Of a stretch of 64,000 nt of DNA, positions 38,484 through 47,686 are shown one piece after another. The stretch covers positions 224,001-288,000 of the forward strand of contig CAWJIM010000021.1 of assembly GCA_963842945.1 (NCBI GenBank), given 5' to 3'. Made by a program: the position numbers and the translations under genes. Under the pieces are notes generated by a model. The model searched no databases. It was not told where the DNA came from and saw only the letters and a program-made list of their open reading frames with translations. Position 1 is the first letter of the stretch. Each line of letters starts with the position of its first letter. Origin of the DNA: an uncultured Gemmatimonadales bacterium (GTDB lineage Bacteria > Gemmatimonadota > Gemmatimonadetes > Gemmatimonadales > GWC2-71-9).

Positions 38484-39932
38484 TTACGTGTCGGCGCCGG
38501 CTGCCAGCCGGGAATGCGACCGGCTATAGAAGAAGTAGATGGCCAATCCAATCACCAGCCAGATCAGGAGCCGGAGCCAGGTCTCCTTGTCCAGATAGGC
38601 CATGAGATAGGCGGAGGACAGCGCGCCCATCGGGGCCACGAACCAGACCATCGGAGTCTTGAACGGCCGCGGCAGGTTGGGCTCGCGAATCCTCAGCACC
38701 AGCACCCCACAACACACGATCACGAACGCCAGCAGGGTTCCGATCGACACCAGCTTGGCCGCGTCCCGGACGGGCAGAATGGCTGCCGGGATCGATACGC
38801 CCAGTCCGGTCACGATGGACGTGATATAGGGAGTGCGAAATCGGGGGTGAACCCGCCGAATGAACGGAGGGAGTAGTCCGTCGCGCGACATCGAATAGAA
38901 GATGCGGGATTGCCCCAACAGCTGGACCAGAATGACCGAGGTGAGTCCGGCGATCGCTCCAATCTTGATGAACGCGCCAAAGAATCCGAGGCCGGTATAA
39001 TCCGCCACTTTAGCGATCGGGGCGGGGACGTCCAGGTCGGCATAGGGGACAATACCTGTTGCGATGGCAGACACCACGATGTACAGAACGGTACACGCGA
39101 TCAGCGATCCGATGATGGCGATCGGCATGTCCCGCTGCGGATTCTTGGCCTCCTGCGCCGCGGTGGTGACCGAATCAAATCCGATATACGCGAAGAACAC
39201 GATTGCAGCGCCGGCCACGACGCCACTGAATCCGAAGTGCTCCCGCGCCCCGGTGTTGGGCGGGATGAACGGGTGCCAGTTATCCGGGTTCACGTGCGGA
39301 GCTGCCAGGGCGATGAAGAGCAGGACTACGGCCACCTTGATCAGAACGATGCCGTTGTTCACCGAGGCCGACTCCTTGATTCCCACCACCAGCAGCGTCG
39401 TGATCACCGCGATGATGAACACCGCCGGCAGATTCAGCAACGCGGTCACCTGGCTGCCATCGGCCAGGGTTACCACCGTGCCCCGGGCGGCCTGCCAGTG
39501 GGCCGGGATGTGAATCCCGACCCCATCCAGAAACGAGACCATGTAACCCGACCAGCCGATGGCCACCGTTGTTGCGGCGAGAGCGTATTCCAGCACGAGG
39601 TCCCACCCGATGATCCAGGCGATGAACTCGCCCAGGGTGGCATATCCGTAGGTGTAGGCGCTGCCCGACATCGGAACCAGCGAGGCGAACTCGCTGTAGC
39701 ACAGGGCGGCAAAGATGGAAGCGACCCCCGCCAGCACAAATGAAAGGACCACCGCAGGCCCCGCATTCTGGGCGGCTACGGTTCCGGTCAACACGAAAAT
39801 TCCGGTACCGATGATGGCGCCGACCCCGAGTGCCGTCAGGTTCACCACTCCGAGCGCTCGTTTGAGACTATGGTCTGCCGCCGCTTCTGCCTGGAGTGCT
39901 GTTACGCTCTTGCGTCGGAAGAGGCCGTTCAC
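38484..39932 (-). CDS. APC-superfamily (CAT-type) amino acid permease, paralog 2
   Basis: GAIIGTGIF, CYSEFAS, GSAYTY, FFAYIGFD, SRDGLLP, RPFKTP. Confidence 0.95.
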   Translation of the reverse strand: MNGLFRRKSVTALQAEAAADHSLKRALGVVNLTALGVGAIIGTGIFVLTGTVAAQNAGPAVVLSFVLAGVASIFAALCYSEFASLVPMSGSAYTYGYATLGEFIAWIIGWDLVLEYALAATTVAIGWSGYMVSFLDGVGIHIPAHWQAARGTVVTLADGSQVTALLNLPAVFIIAVITTLLVVGIKESASVNNGIVLIKVAVVLLFIALAAPHVNPDNWHPFIPPNTGAREHFGFSGVVAGAAIVFFAYIGFDSVTTAAQEAKNPQRDMPIAIIGSLIACTVLYIVVSAIATGIVPYADLDVPAPIAKVADYTGLGFFGAFIKIGAIAGLTSVILVQLLGQSRIFYSMSRDGLLPPFIRRVHPRFRTPYITSIVTGLGVSIPAAILPVRDAAKLVSIGTLLAFVIVCCGVLVLRIREPNLPRPFKTPMVWFVAPMGALSSAYLMAYLDKETWLRLLIWLVIGLAIYFFYSRSHSRLAAGADT

Positions 39933-41440
39933 GCCGATTTCCTCACTGTCTGGGCATCCCGCTCACGCTGGAGCACGCTGTGTTTGCGCCCGTAGCCGAA
40001 GTAGATCACGAAACCGATCAGCAACCATACCAGGAGCCGGAGCCAGGTGTCCCCCGGCAGAGTGGCCATCAGACCAAGGCACGCGAGCACTCCCAGGATT
40101 GGCACCAGAGGTACCAGCGGCGTACGGAAGGGCCGGTCGAGATCCGGACGTTTCCGCCGCAGTATCCAGACGCCCAGACAGACCAGCACGAAAGCGAGAA
40201 GGGTCCCGATGTTGACCAGTTCGCCCAGGATCTGAATGGGGAACGTGCCGGTAATCACGGCGACGATGAGTCCCACATAGATGGTGGAGAGATACGGGGT
40301 GCGGAATCGGGGGTGCACTTTCCCGCCCCAGGGACCGATCAGTCCATCGCGGGACATGGAGTAGAAGACGCGGGACTGTCCCAGCAGCATGACGAGTACC
40401 ACCGATCCCAGGCCCAGCACCGCCCCCAGCGTGATGAAGGGACGAAGCCAGGAGAGCTGGCTCACATGCTCCACGGCGAACGCCACCGGGTGGGCTACGT
40501 TCAGCTGATCGTAGCGGACCAGGCCGGTCAGGGTCAGCGACACCAGCACGTACAGCGCGGTACAAACGCCAAGCGAGCCCAGAATGCCCACCGGCATGTC
40601 ACGCTGAGGGTTCTTGGCCTCCTGCGCGGCCGTGCTTACCGCGTCGAATCCGATGTAGGCGAAGAAGATCAGACCGGCTCCCCGAAAGACTCCGCTCCAG
40701 CCGAACTCGCCGAAGACCCCGGTGTTCGGGGGAATGAACGGTTTCCAGTTTTCGGGGTTGACGTGTTGCAATCCGAAGATGATGAACAGCAATACCACCG
40801 CGATCTTCAGTATGACGATCAGATTGTTGACCTTGGCCGACTCCCTGATGCCAACGACGAGGATGGTGGTGGCAATCAGGACAATGATGACGGCGGGCAG
40901 GTTGAAGAGTGAGCCGGTGCGGTTCCAACCCTCCTGAGCACAGGCCGCCACGGCATTGGTGACGTCCGCCGCGCTGCACCAGCGAAGGGGAGCGGAGGTA
41001 ACGGCCGTGGGGAGATGGAGCCCGAAGTAGTCAAGAAAGCTGACAAAATATCCGGACCAGCCCACCCCGACGGTCGCGGCGCCCATGGCGTACTCCAGCA
41101 CCAGATCCCATCCAATGATCCAGGCGACGAACTCGCCCATGGTGGCATACGAGTAGGTGTACGCGCTGCCGGCCACAGGTACCGTGCTGGCCATTTCGGC
41201 GTAGCAGAGACCGGCGAGGCCGCAGGCAATGGCCGCCACGACGAACGAGAGTGGCACAGCAGGTCCGGCATGGAGTGCCGCCGCCAGGCCGGTCAGCACA
41301 AAAATTCCGGCACCGATAATAGCCCCGATGCCCAGCATGGTGAGATTCATCGCGGTGAGCGCACGCTTCAGCGAGCGCTCATTGGTCGACTCGGCTTCAG
41401 CTCGGAGTGCCGCGATCGATTTCGTGGCCCATAAATTCAT
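39929..41440 (-). CDS. APC-superfamily (CAT-type) amino acid permease, paralog 1
   Basis: GAIIGAGIF, CYAEMAS, FFAYIGFD, ELVNIGTL, RPFRTP. Stop overlaps the paralog 2 start (GTGA). Confidence 0.95.
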   Translation of the reverse strand: MNLWATKSIAALRAEAESTNERSLKRALTAMNLTMLGIGAIIGAGIFVLTGLAAALHAGPAVPLSFVVAAIACGLAGLCYAEMASTVPVAGSAYTYSYATMGEFVAWIIGWDLVLEYAMGAATVGVGWSGYFVSFLDYFGLHLPTAVTSAPLRWCSAADVTNAVAACAQEGWNRTGSLFNLPAVIIVLIATTILVVGIRESAKVNNLIVILKIAVVLLFIIFGLQHVNPENWKPFIPPNTGVFGEFGWSGVFRGAGLIFFAYIGFDAVSTAAQEAKNPQRDMPVGILGSLGVCTALYVLVSLTLTGLVRYDQLNVAHPVAFAVEHVSQLSWLRPFITLGAVLGLGSVVLVMLLGQSRVFYSMSRDGLIGPWGGKVHPRFRTPYLSTIYVGLIVAVITGTFPIQILGELVNIGTLLAFVLVCLGVWILRRKRPDLDRPFRTPLVPLVPILGVLACLGLMATLPGDTWLRLLVWLLIGFVIYFGYGRKHSVLQRERDAQTVRKSA

Positions 41441-41493
41441 ACGACGGTCACCTCGGATAGATGATACGTCGAGCAGGATACTCGGGGTTTCTG

Positions 41494-42951
41494 CTAGGCG
41501 CTGTAATTCGGGGCTTCCCGCGTGATCGTCACGTCATGCGGGTGTGATTCTCTGAGTCCGGCGCTGGTAACCTGAAGCATCTCCACGTCACACTGAAGCT
41601 GCGGAATGCTGCCTACGCCACAGTAGCCCATCCCGCTCCGCAGTCCTCCAACCATCTGATACAGCACGTCGGCCACTGGTCCCTTATAGGGGACTCGGCC
41701 CTCGATGCCCTCGGGCACCATCTTGGACGCGGCCATCTCTCCTTCCTGGAAATACCGGTCGGCCGATCCGTCCTGCATGGCCGAGAGGCTTCCCATGCCC
41801 CGGATCATCTTGAACCGCCGGCCCTCGGCCAGAACCGACTCGCCCGGACTCTCTTCGGTTCCGGCCAGCATGGACCCCATCATGACTGACGACGCTCCAG
41901 CGGCCAATGCTTTGACGACATCTCCCGAGTACTTGACCCCGCCGTCAGCGATGATGGGAACATCATCGGCTCCGCGTAGTGAATCGAGAATGGCCGTCAC
42001 CTGGGGCACGCCTACTCCGGTGACCACTCTGGTGGTGCAGATACTCCCGGGCCCGATGCCGACTTTGACCGCGTCCACCCCCCGGCGAACCAGCTCCCGG
42101 GCTCCGGTCTCGGTGGCCACGTTGCCCGCAACGAGCTGGACTTCGGGGAAGGCTTCGCGCAACTGGTCCACCGTGCTGAGAACGCCTTCGCTATGACCGT
42201 GCGCGGAGTCGACGACGATCACATCGACGCCGGCACCCACCAGACTGCGGGCGCGCGGAATGGCATCGGGTCCCCCGCTCACCGCCCCGGCTACCCGGAG
42301 ACGGCCGTGCTGGTCCTTGTTGGCGTTGGGATGTTCCCGCCGCTTGAAAATGTCCTTCACCGTGATGAGGCCTTTGAGTACGCCCTGTGCATCCACCACA
42401 GGCAGCTTCTCGATCCGGTGCTTGGCCAGAATCCGCTCCGCTTCATCCAGCCCGGTGCCGACCGGGACGGTGACCAGTTTGTCCTTGGTCATGACAGCGC
42501 GAAGGGGCTGCTCGAGATTGCTCTCGAACTGCAGGTCGCGGTTGGTGATGATGCCGACCAGCCGCCCCTGGCCGTCCACGATGGGCACTCCCGAGATCCG
42601 GAAGCGCCGCATCAGCGCCATGGCTTCTTTCAGGAGGCGGTCGGGGCCGAGCGTGATCGGGTTCATGATCATCCCGCTCTCGCTTCGCTTTACCCGATCC
42701 ACCTCGGCGGCCTGCCGCTCGATGGTCATGTTCTTGTGCAGGACACCGATGCCGCCGGCCCGGGCCATGGCGATCGCCATCTCAGCCTCGGTAACCGTAT
42801 CCATGGCGGCCGAGACGAGCGGGATGTTGAGGGAGATGGTGCGGGTCAGGCGAGTGACGGTCGAGACTTCACGCGGGTGGACGGTGGAGTGCCGGGGAAC
42901 CAGCAGCACGTCGTCGAATGTGAGGCCAAGCTTGGGCCGGATCACACTCAT
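41494..42951 (-). CDS. guaB: IMP dehydrogenase
   Basis: [15 protein letters not shown], two CBS domains, [29 protein letters not shown]. Confidence 0.99.
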   Translation of the reverse strand: MSVIRPKLGLTFDDVLLVPRHSTVHPREVSTVTRLTRTISLNIPLVSAAMDTVTEAEMAIAMARAGGIGVLHKNMTIERQAAEVDRVKRSESGMIMNPITLGPDRLLKEAMALMRRFRISGVPIVDGQGRLVGIITNRDLQFESNLEQPLRAVMTKDKLVTVPVGTGLDEAERILAKHRIEKLPVVDAQGVLKGLITVKDIFKRREHPNANKDQHGRLRVAGAVSGGPDAIPRARSLVGAGVDVIVVDSAHGHSEGVLSTVDQLREAFPEVQLVAGNVATETGARELVRRGVDAVKVGIGPGSICTTRVVTGVGVPQVTAILDSLRGADDVPIIADGGVKYSGDVVKALAAGASSVMMGSMLAGTEESPGESVLAEGRRFKMIRGMGSLSAMQDGSADRYFQEGEMAASKMVPEGIEGRVPYKGPVADVLYQMVGGLRSGMGYCGVGSIPQLQCDVEMLQVTSAGLRESHPHDVTITREAPNYSA

Positions 42952-43036
42952 GTACAGCCCACCCTACAACACACAACGGCCCACCGATGCCCGGTACAGG
43001 CGAGCGGCGGGCCAGAGTTCAATCGGTCCATCGCCA

Positions 43037-43065
43037 AGACTAGCAGTCGGTTGCGTTTTAATCAA
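43037..43065 (-). promoter_or_regulatory. Putative sigma70 promoter of guaB
   Basis: Minus strand TTGATT-N17-TAGTCT, followed by an ~80-nt leader with hairpin GGCCCGCCG...CGGTGGGCC. Confidence 0.55.
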
Positions 43066-43099
43066 GCTCGGCGCTGGGGATGAATAACAGTGACGACCA

Positions 43100-43921
43100 T
43101 CAGGTCCGGCGGGCCACCGCGAGCAGGTGCGCACTCACGCCCAGGAGTGCCGGCTCCATCTCCAGCGCGGCGACTGCGTCGAGCAGGACTTGACGGCGCC
43201 GCTCCCGGGCAAGCCGCGCGTCGAGATCCGGCAGGAGCCAGCCGATGCCTTCCACTGCACAGGTGGCCGTGTGCTCCAGCCCGGCCGCTGCGCACTCAGC
43301 GGTCAACTCCTCGGGCCGGTGGAAGTATGCGGTAGTGAAGAATGCCGGATTACCGGTCGGGTTCCGATGTCGGCCGTCCAGCCGGTCTCCCGCAGCGATG
43401 GCCGCGAACGCCGGGTCCTCCAAGTAGTCGCCCCGGAGACCATCCAGAGTGGAGGCAAAGCGCGAAATGCCTGCGGCAACAATCACCCCACCCGGGCGGC
43501 ACACCCGGCGGGCTTCGCCCAGCGCCTGGATCCGGTCGGCTCGCTCGGATAGATGATAGAGAGGACCGAGCAGGAGGATCGCATCCATGCTCGCGTCCGG
43601 GAACGGGAGCCAACGGGCGTCTCCCACCTGGACGCTGGCGAGTACCGCCGAGGAGCTGCTGCGCGAGGCAGTGCGCGCCTGCTCGATGTGGAGTGGTACC
43701 GGATCCACCAGATGCACCCGGTATCCTCGGCCGGCGAGCCAGAACGCGTATCGGCCCGGCCCGCCGCCGACGTCCGCCAGCACGGCGGGAGCAGCCGGAA
43801 GGTATCGCTGGAGCAGCTGCTGAGTCCGTAGCAGCTCGAGCGCGCCCTGCCCTGCCGAGAGCCGATCGAGCTCTAAGCCCCGGGCATAAAAGGCCGCGAT
43901 CTCGCCCTTCTCATCGCCCAT
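43100..43921 (-). CDS. Class I SAM-dependent methyltransferase
   Basis: DVGGGPGRY, GDARWLPF, LLLGPLYHL, FTTAYFH. Confidence 0.9.
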   Translation of the reverse strand: MGDEKGEIAAFYARGLELDRLSAGQGALELLRTQQLLQRYLPAAPAVLADVGGGPGRYAFWLAGRGYRVHLVDPVPLHIEQARTASRSSSSAVLASVQVGDARWLPFPDASMDAILLLGPLYHLSERADRIQALGEARRVCRPGGVIVAAGISRFASTLDGLRGDYLEDPAFAAIAAGDRLDGRHRNPTGNPAFFTTAYFHRPEELTAECAAAGLEHTATCAVEGIGWLLPDLDARLARERRRQVLLDAVAALEMEPALLGVSAHLLAVARRT

Positions 43922-43997
43922 CAGCTCCTCACGACGCGCAACCGCGTCTTCAGCGGAGACTGGTCCGCTCCCGGGGTTGCTCAGTACGCCGACTCGG

Positions 43998-45182
43998 TTA
44001 CCAATTGACCGTTTTCTTCAGCCGGTAAGTCTCCGCGAAGAAGGCGGCCAGTTTGTCGTGGGCTTTCCGCACGGTAGCCTCGCGGTTCTGGCCTGATTCC
44101 CTGACAAACAGCATGGTACGAACATGGGTGATCTTCACGCTGAACCCGCCGGTGGGGTCCTGGGTGACCTCAATCTTGAGCTCCCCATCCGGCAGCCGGT
44201 GGGCGCGCCTCCGCTCCTTCGCGATGATGAGGCCCTTTTTACTCTTTCCCGGCCGCCGCAGCACCAGGTACAGCATGGGGACATACACCGTGCAGAGCGA
44301 CACCGGCCAGCCGGTCGACGCCCATTCGGCCATGCCCTGGGCCAGTTGCATCTGGTTGGACGCGATCACAGCCATCCAGGTGCCCACCACGTAGACCGCC
44401 ATCTCCAGGCGGTTGGCGGGTATGAGCGCCAGCGCCACCAGCTCGTAGGGCAGGGTGGTCTGGGGGATGAACGCCATACCCAGCAGGAGCCGGGCTTCCG
44501 GCGAACGCCATTTAATGGCGGCGAGTAACAGCAGGAAACCCATTGGCCGCAGGATCGGCGGCGCGAGAAAGGCGTTGTCGGACGGTAGTGCCAGCCACCA
44601 CTCTCGAGGCCATGACGGCTGAATCGCCAGGCTCAGGGCGAAGAAGAGGATGGCTCCTAGAACGGCCAGCCAGGAGGGCCGGGTAATCCAGAGGGCGGCC
44701 GAGATATTGGGCCGCACAGCCAGAAGAAAGCCGAGAGCCGGCAACAGAATCGCCGCTACCATCAGAGGCGTGGTCTGACTGCTGGCCATGGCGAACAGGT
44801 AGGCACCCGACACCAGAGCGAGCAGGCCGTTGGGGCCGCGAAGCTTCCACAGGGCGAAGGCGAATGCCCAGCCAACCAGCACGTCGAAAAGGGGCCGCGC
44901 CACGGCCAGGGGCAGGAAGCTGAACGGGACCGCGAGAAGGACCGCGGGCAGCGGGTAGGGAAAAGCCTGGGCCGCCGTGGGGTATGCGCTTTCGCCTCGA
45001 ACGAGGCTTGCCGCCGCCTGATAGAGCAGATCGAAGTCGCTGGACTGGCCGGGAAGCCAGGCGTACAGCAGCAACCGGCAGGCGAGGACCAGAAGGAGGG
45101 CAAGGAAGAGGACCACCAGCGCGGGGCTGATTCTGGCGGATTTGGCCGGCATCCGTTTGCCTATCACGGCTACATCGCTCAT
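43998..45182 (-). CDS. Polytopic membrane protein, GT87/DUF2029-like, with a C-terminal release-factor-domain-3-like tail
   Basis: SDFDLLYQAA...GESAY...FPYPLPAVLLAVPF resembles the GT-C first loop; about 9-10 hydrophobic segments; tail ELKIEV...GG...VKITHVRT. Confidence 0.55.
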   Translation of the reverse strand: MSDVAVIGKRMPAKSARISPALVVLFLALLLVLACRLLLYAWLPGQSSDFDLLYQAAASLVRGESAYPTAAQAFPYPLPAVLLAVPFSFLPLAVARPLFDVLVGWAFAFALWKLRGPNGLLALVSGAYLFAMASSQTTPLMVAAILLPALGFLLAVRPNISAALWITRPSWLAVLGAILFFALSLAIQPSWPREWWLALPSDNAFLAPPILRPMGFLLLLAAIKWRSPEARLLLGMAFIPQTTLPYELVALALIPANRLEMAVYVVGTWMAVIASNQMQLAQGMAEWASTGWPVSLCTVYVPMLYLVLRRPGKSKKGLIIAKERRRAHRLPDGELKIEVTQDPTGGFSVKITHVRTMLFVRESGQNREATVRKAHDKLAAFFAETYRLKKTVNW

Positions 45183-45296
45183 CCCAGAGGCTCCCTGTAG
45201 AGAGCTAGGACTCCCGCCCTAGACCCCGTCCACGTTACAGAAGTCGACCCCTAAGTTTCCGCACAAACCTCCATTTCCTTTAGCCCGGAGCTCCGG

Positions 45297-45638
45297 TTAC
45301 CGAAGCTTGCCGATCTGCTCGGCCAGGTCACGGGCAATCATCTGGAGCTCGACATGCTCCGGGTGGAGCGTCCCTCGGCCCGGGGCCGTGACACTGGCGC
45401 GAACCGCTTTGATACCTTCGATGGCGCGGCGCAGCTTCAGCCGCTCGACCCGCACCGGTGCCTGGGCTCCCTGTCCAGCGGAAAGGACGGCCCACATGTT
45501 GGTGCGCAGGGTATCGACCGAGCGCTTGAGGTCTTCCAGGCCCTCAGGAAGCACGGGTGCGCGGGTCAGGCGGGCATCGACCTCGTCCAGCAGCTTGCGA
45601 AGGCTGACCAGTTGTTGCGGGAGCGGCTCGTTTTCCAT
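45297..45638 (-). CDS. Hypothetical helical protein (113 aa)
   Basis: Amphipathic helical pattern, fits between co-oriented genes; no family recognised. Confidence 0.65.
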   Translation of the reverse strand: MENEPLPQQLVSLRKLLDEVDARLTRAPVLPEGLEDLKRSVDTLRTNMWAVLSAGQGAQAPVRVERLKLRRAIEGIKAVRASVTAPGRGTLHPEHVELQMIARDLAEQIGKLR

Positions 45639-45679
45639 TCCGGACTTTCAGTTGAAGTACCGGCAGCTGCAGCCGAAGG

Positions 45680-47167
45680 TCAGGCCACCCGATTTCTCCG
45701 CCAAACCAGGTACACTGGAATTCCCAGAGCCACAATCAGCAGACCCAGAGCGGAGAACTTCCGCTGTTGGGGGTCGGCCAGCAGTACCACAAGCAGAAAC
45801 GCGTTGGCTGCCATGTACAGCGCCGGAAGCACCGGATACCCGAACGCCCGCACCGGCCGGGGAAGATCGGGCCGAACTCGGCGGAGCCGGAAGAGGGAGA
45901 AGGTGGTGAGGAAGTAAAAGATGATGGTAGCGAAGATCACGTAGTTGAGCAGCTCGCTGTACGTGCCGCTGATGCAGAGCACCGAGGTCCAGATCCCCTG
46001 CGCTACCAGGCCGAACACCGGAGTACGATAGGTCGGGTGCAGCTTGCCGGCCTGCTGAAAAAAGAGATTGTCCCGGGCCATGGCGTAGTACACTCGGGGC
46101 CCGGCCAGAATCAGCCCGTTATTGCAGCCAAAGGTGGACAGCAAAATCGCGATCGCCATGATGGTGGCCGCTCCCGCCCCGAGCGCTACTTCAATGGCCG
46201 CCGTGCCCACCCGATCCTGCGCCGCGTACTGAATGCCTCGCGCCACCACGTCGCCGCCCTGAGGATCCCCATAGAAGGGGAGAACGTTGAGGTAGGCCAC
46301 GTTGGCCAGCACGTACAGGGTACACACGAGGCCGGTTCCCAGCGCGAGCGCCCGGGGCAGGTTCTTGGTCGGCTCCCGCACCTCGGCCGCCGCAAAGGTG
46401 ACGTTGTTCCAGGCGTCGGCAGAGAAGAGGGACCCAACCATCGCGGCGCCGATCACCGGAAACACGACCAGCCCCCAGTTCCCGGTGCCCCAGAAGCTGG
46501 AAAAATTGGCTGCCGCCACATCGGGCTGACGAAAGAGGGTGAGGCCCAGCAGCACGAGCACCGCCAGTGCACCGATCTTGGCCACGCTGAACACCGTCTG
46601 CACTGCGGCACCCAGCTTCACCCCGCGAATGTTCAGCAGCGTCAGCACCACGATCAGCAGGATTGCCACGATTCGTTGATAGGAAAGACCCAGTTCCACC
46701 GGTGTCGCCGTACCCGGCAGGTGCAGCTTCCCCAGCGAGAGAAACACATCAGGGGTGACGCCAGGTAAGAGCACGCCCAGGAACTTGCCGAACGCCACCG
46801 CCACCGCCGCGATGGTGCCGGTCTGAATCACGGTGAACAGGGTCCATCCGTAGAGAAACCCGGCCGCAGGCGAGAGCCCCTCCCGGAGAAACACATACTG
46901 TCCGCCCGCCCGCGGCATCATGGCCGCCAGCTCCGCATAAGCCAGGGCGCCGGTTACCGTCATGGCGCCGGTAATGATCCAGACCAGGAGCAGCGCGCCC
47001 GGCCCCCACTGGGAGACCTGCCGGCTGATGTCCGCCGAGACGATGAAGATGCCCGACCCAATCATCGAGCCTACCACCAGGGAGATGGCGGCAAGCGGGC
47101 CGATGCCCCGGATAAACTCCGATGGCGCGGAGGTTTGAGGAGGAGGAGCCTTTGCCGGTGCAGCCAT
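45680..47167 (-). CDS. APC-superfamily (LAT/SteT-type) amino acid permease
   Basis: GSMIGSGIF, YAELAAMMPRAGGQY, FSADAW, PRVYYAMARD, GYPVLP. Confidence 0.93.
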   Translation of the reverse strand: MAAPAKAPPPQTSAPSEFIRGIGPLAAISLVVGSMIGSGIFIVSADISRQVSQWGPGALLLVWIITGAMTVTGALAYAELAAMMPRAGGQYVFLREGLSPAAGFLYGWTLFTVIQTGTIAAVAVAFGKFLGVLLPGVTPDVFLSLGKLHLPGTATPVELGLSYQRIVAILLIVVLTLLNIRGVKLGAAVQTVFSVAKIGALAVLVLLGLTLFRQPDVAAANFSSFWGTGNWGLVVFPVIGAAMVGSLFSADAWNNVTFAAAEVREPTKNLPRALALGTGLVCTLYVLANVAYLNVLPFYGDPQGGDVVARGIQYAAQDRVGTAAIEVALGAGAATIMAIAILLSTFGCNNGLILAGPRVYYAMARDNLFFQQAGKLHPTYRTPVFGLVAQGIWTSVLCISGTYSELLNYVIFATIIFYFLTTFSLFRLRRVRPDLPRPVRAFGYPVLPALYMAANAFLLVVLLADPQQRKFSALGLLIVALGIPVYLVWRRNRVA

Positions 47168-47193
47168 AGGTTGCGTGGGTTAGGGCTGGTTGC

Positions 47194-47559
47194 TCAGGGG
47201 CCGTTCTCTGCGTCCGGCCGGGTCAGATCGGTCCGGGCGGGAGCCTCGGGCTCTACTCTATTCTCGGCGGCCTTTACCGCTTCCTCCACCACCGCCTGCC
47301 CCGCCGCAGCGAGTCCCTTCATGACTTTGGCGGCGCTGTCCATCAAGCTCATCGTGCCGGTGATCGCCTGAACCGGGAGCTTGCCGGCCCGCATCGTGTT
47401 TTCCACCGTCGCAGTGATCTTGGACAGGATGCCGTCCGGCTCCGACCGTGCGGCGTACTTGCTGCTGATGAATTCGGCGTAGTCGAGTACCTGGTACGCC
47501 TTCTCATCGTCCAGGGACTCCAGGAGCTTGGTGATTCGCTGGCGAAGGAGATCGTTCAT
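47194..47559 (-). CDS. Hypothetical protein with DUF2281-like N-terminus
   Basis: LLESLDDEKAYQVLDYAEFISSKY helical hairpin pattern. Confidence 0.6.
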   Translation of the reverse strand: MNDLLRQRITKLLESLDDEKAYQVLDYAEFISSKYAARSEPDGILSKITATVENTMRAGKLPVQAITGTMSLMDSAAKVMKGLAAAGQAVVEEAVKAAENRVEPEAPARTDLTRPDAENGP

Positions 47560-47562
47560 GAG

Positions 47563-47686
47563 AGTCGAGAGTCACGAGTCGCGAGAGGGAACGAGGGAAA
47601 CCCTGTATGCCCTCGGTGGATGGACCAGGAGGCTTGTAATCTAACAAGTCTTCGGGACTCGCTACTCGGACTCGGGACTCGGGTCT
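47563..47686. repeat. Inverted pair of heptamer arrays, same family as 9937-10065
   Basis: AGTCGAG AGTCACG AGTCGCG (47563-47583) and CGGGACT CGCTACT CGGACT CGGGACT CGGGTCT (47653-47686). Confidence 0.75.

Noticed and set aside
43998..44230. Canonical PilZ domain or an active ribosome-rescue factor
   Set aside because: RxxxR is present but without a properly spaced D/NxSxxG; GGQ is absent, so peptidyl-tRNA hydrolysis is unlikely.
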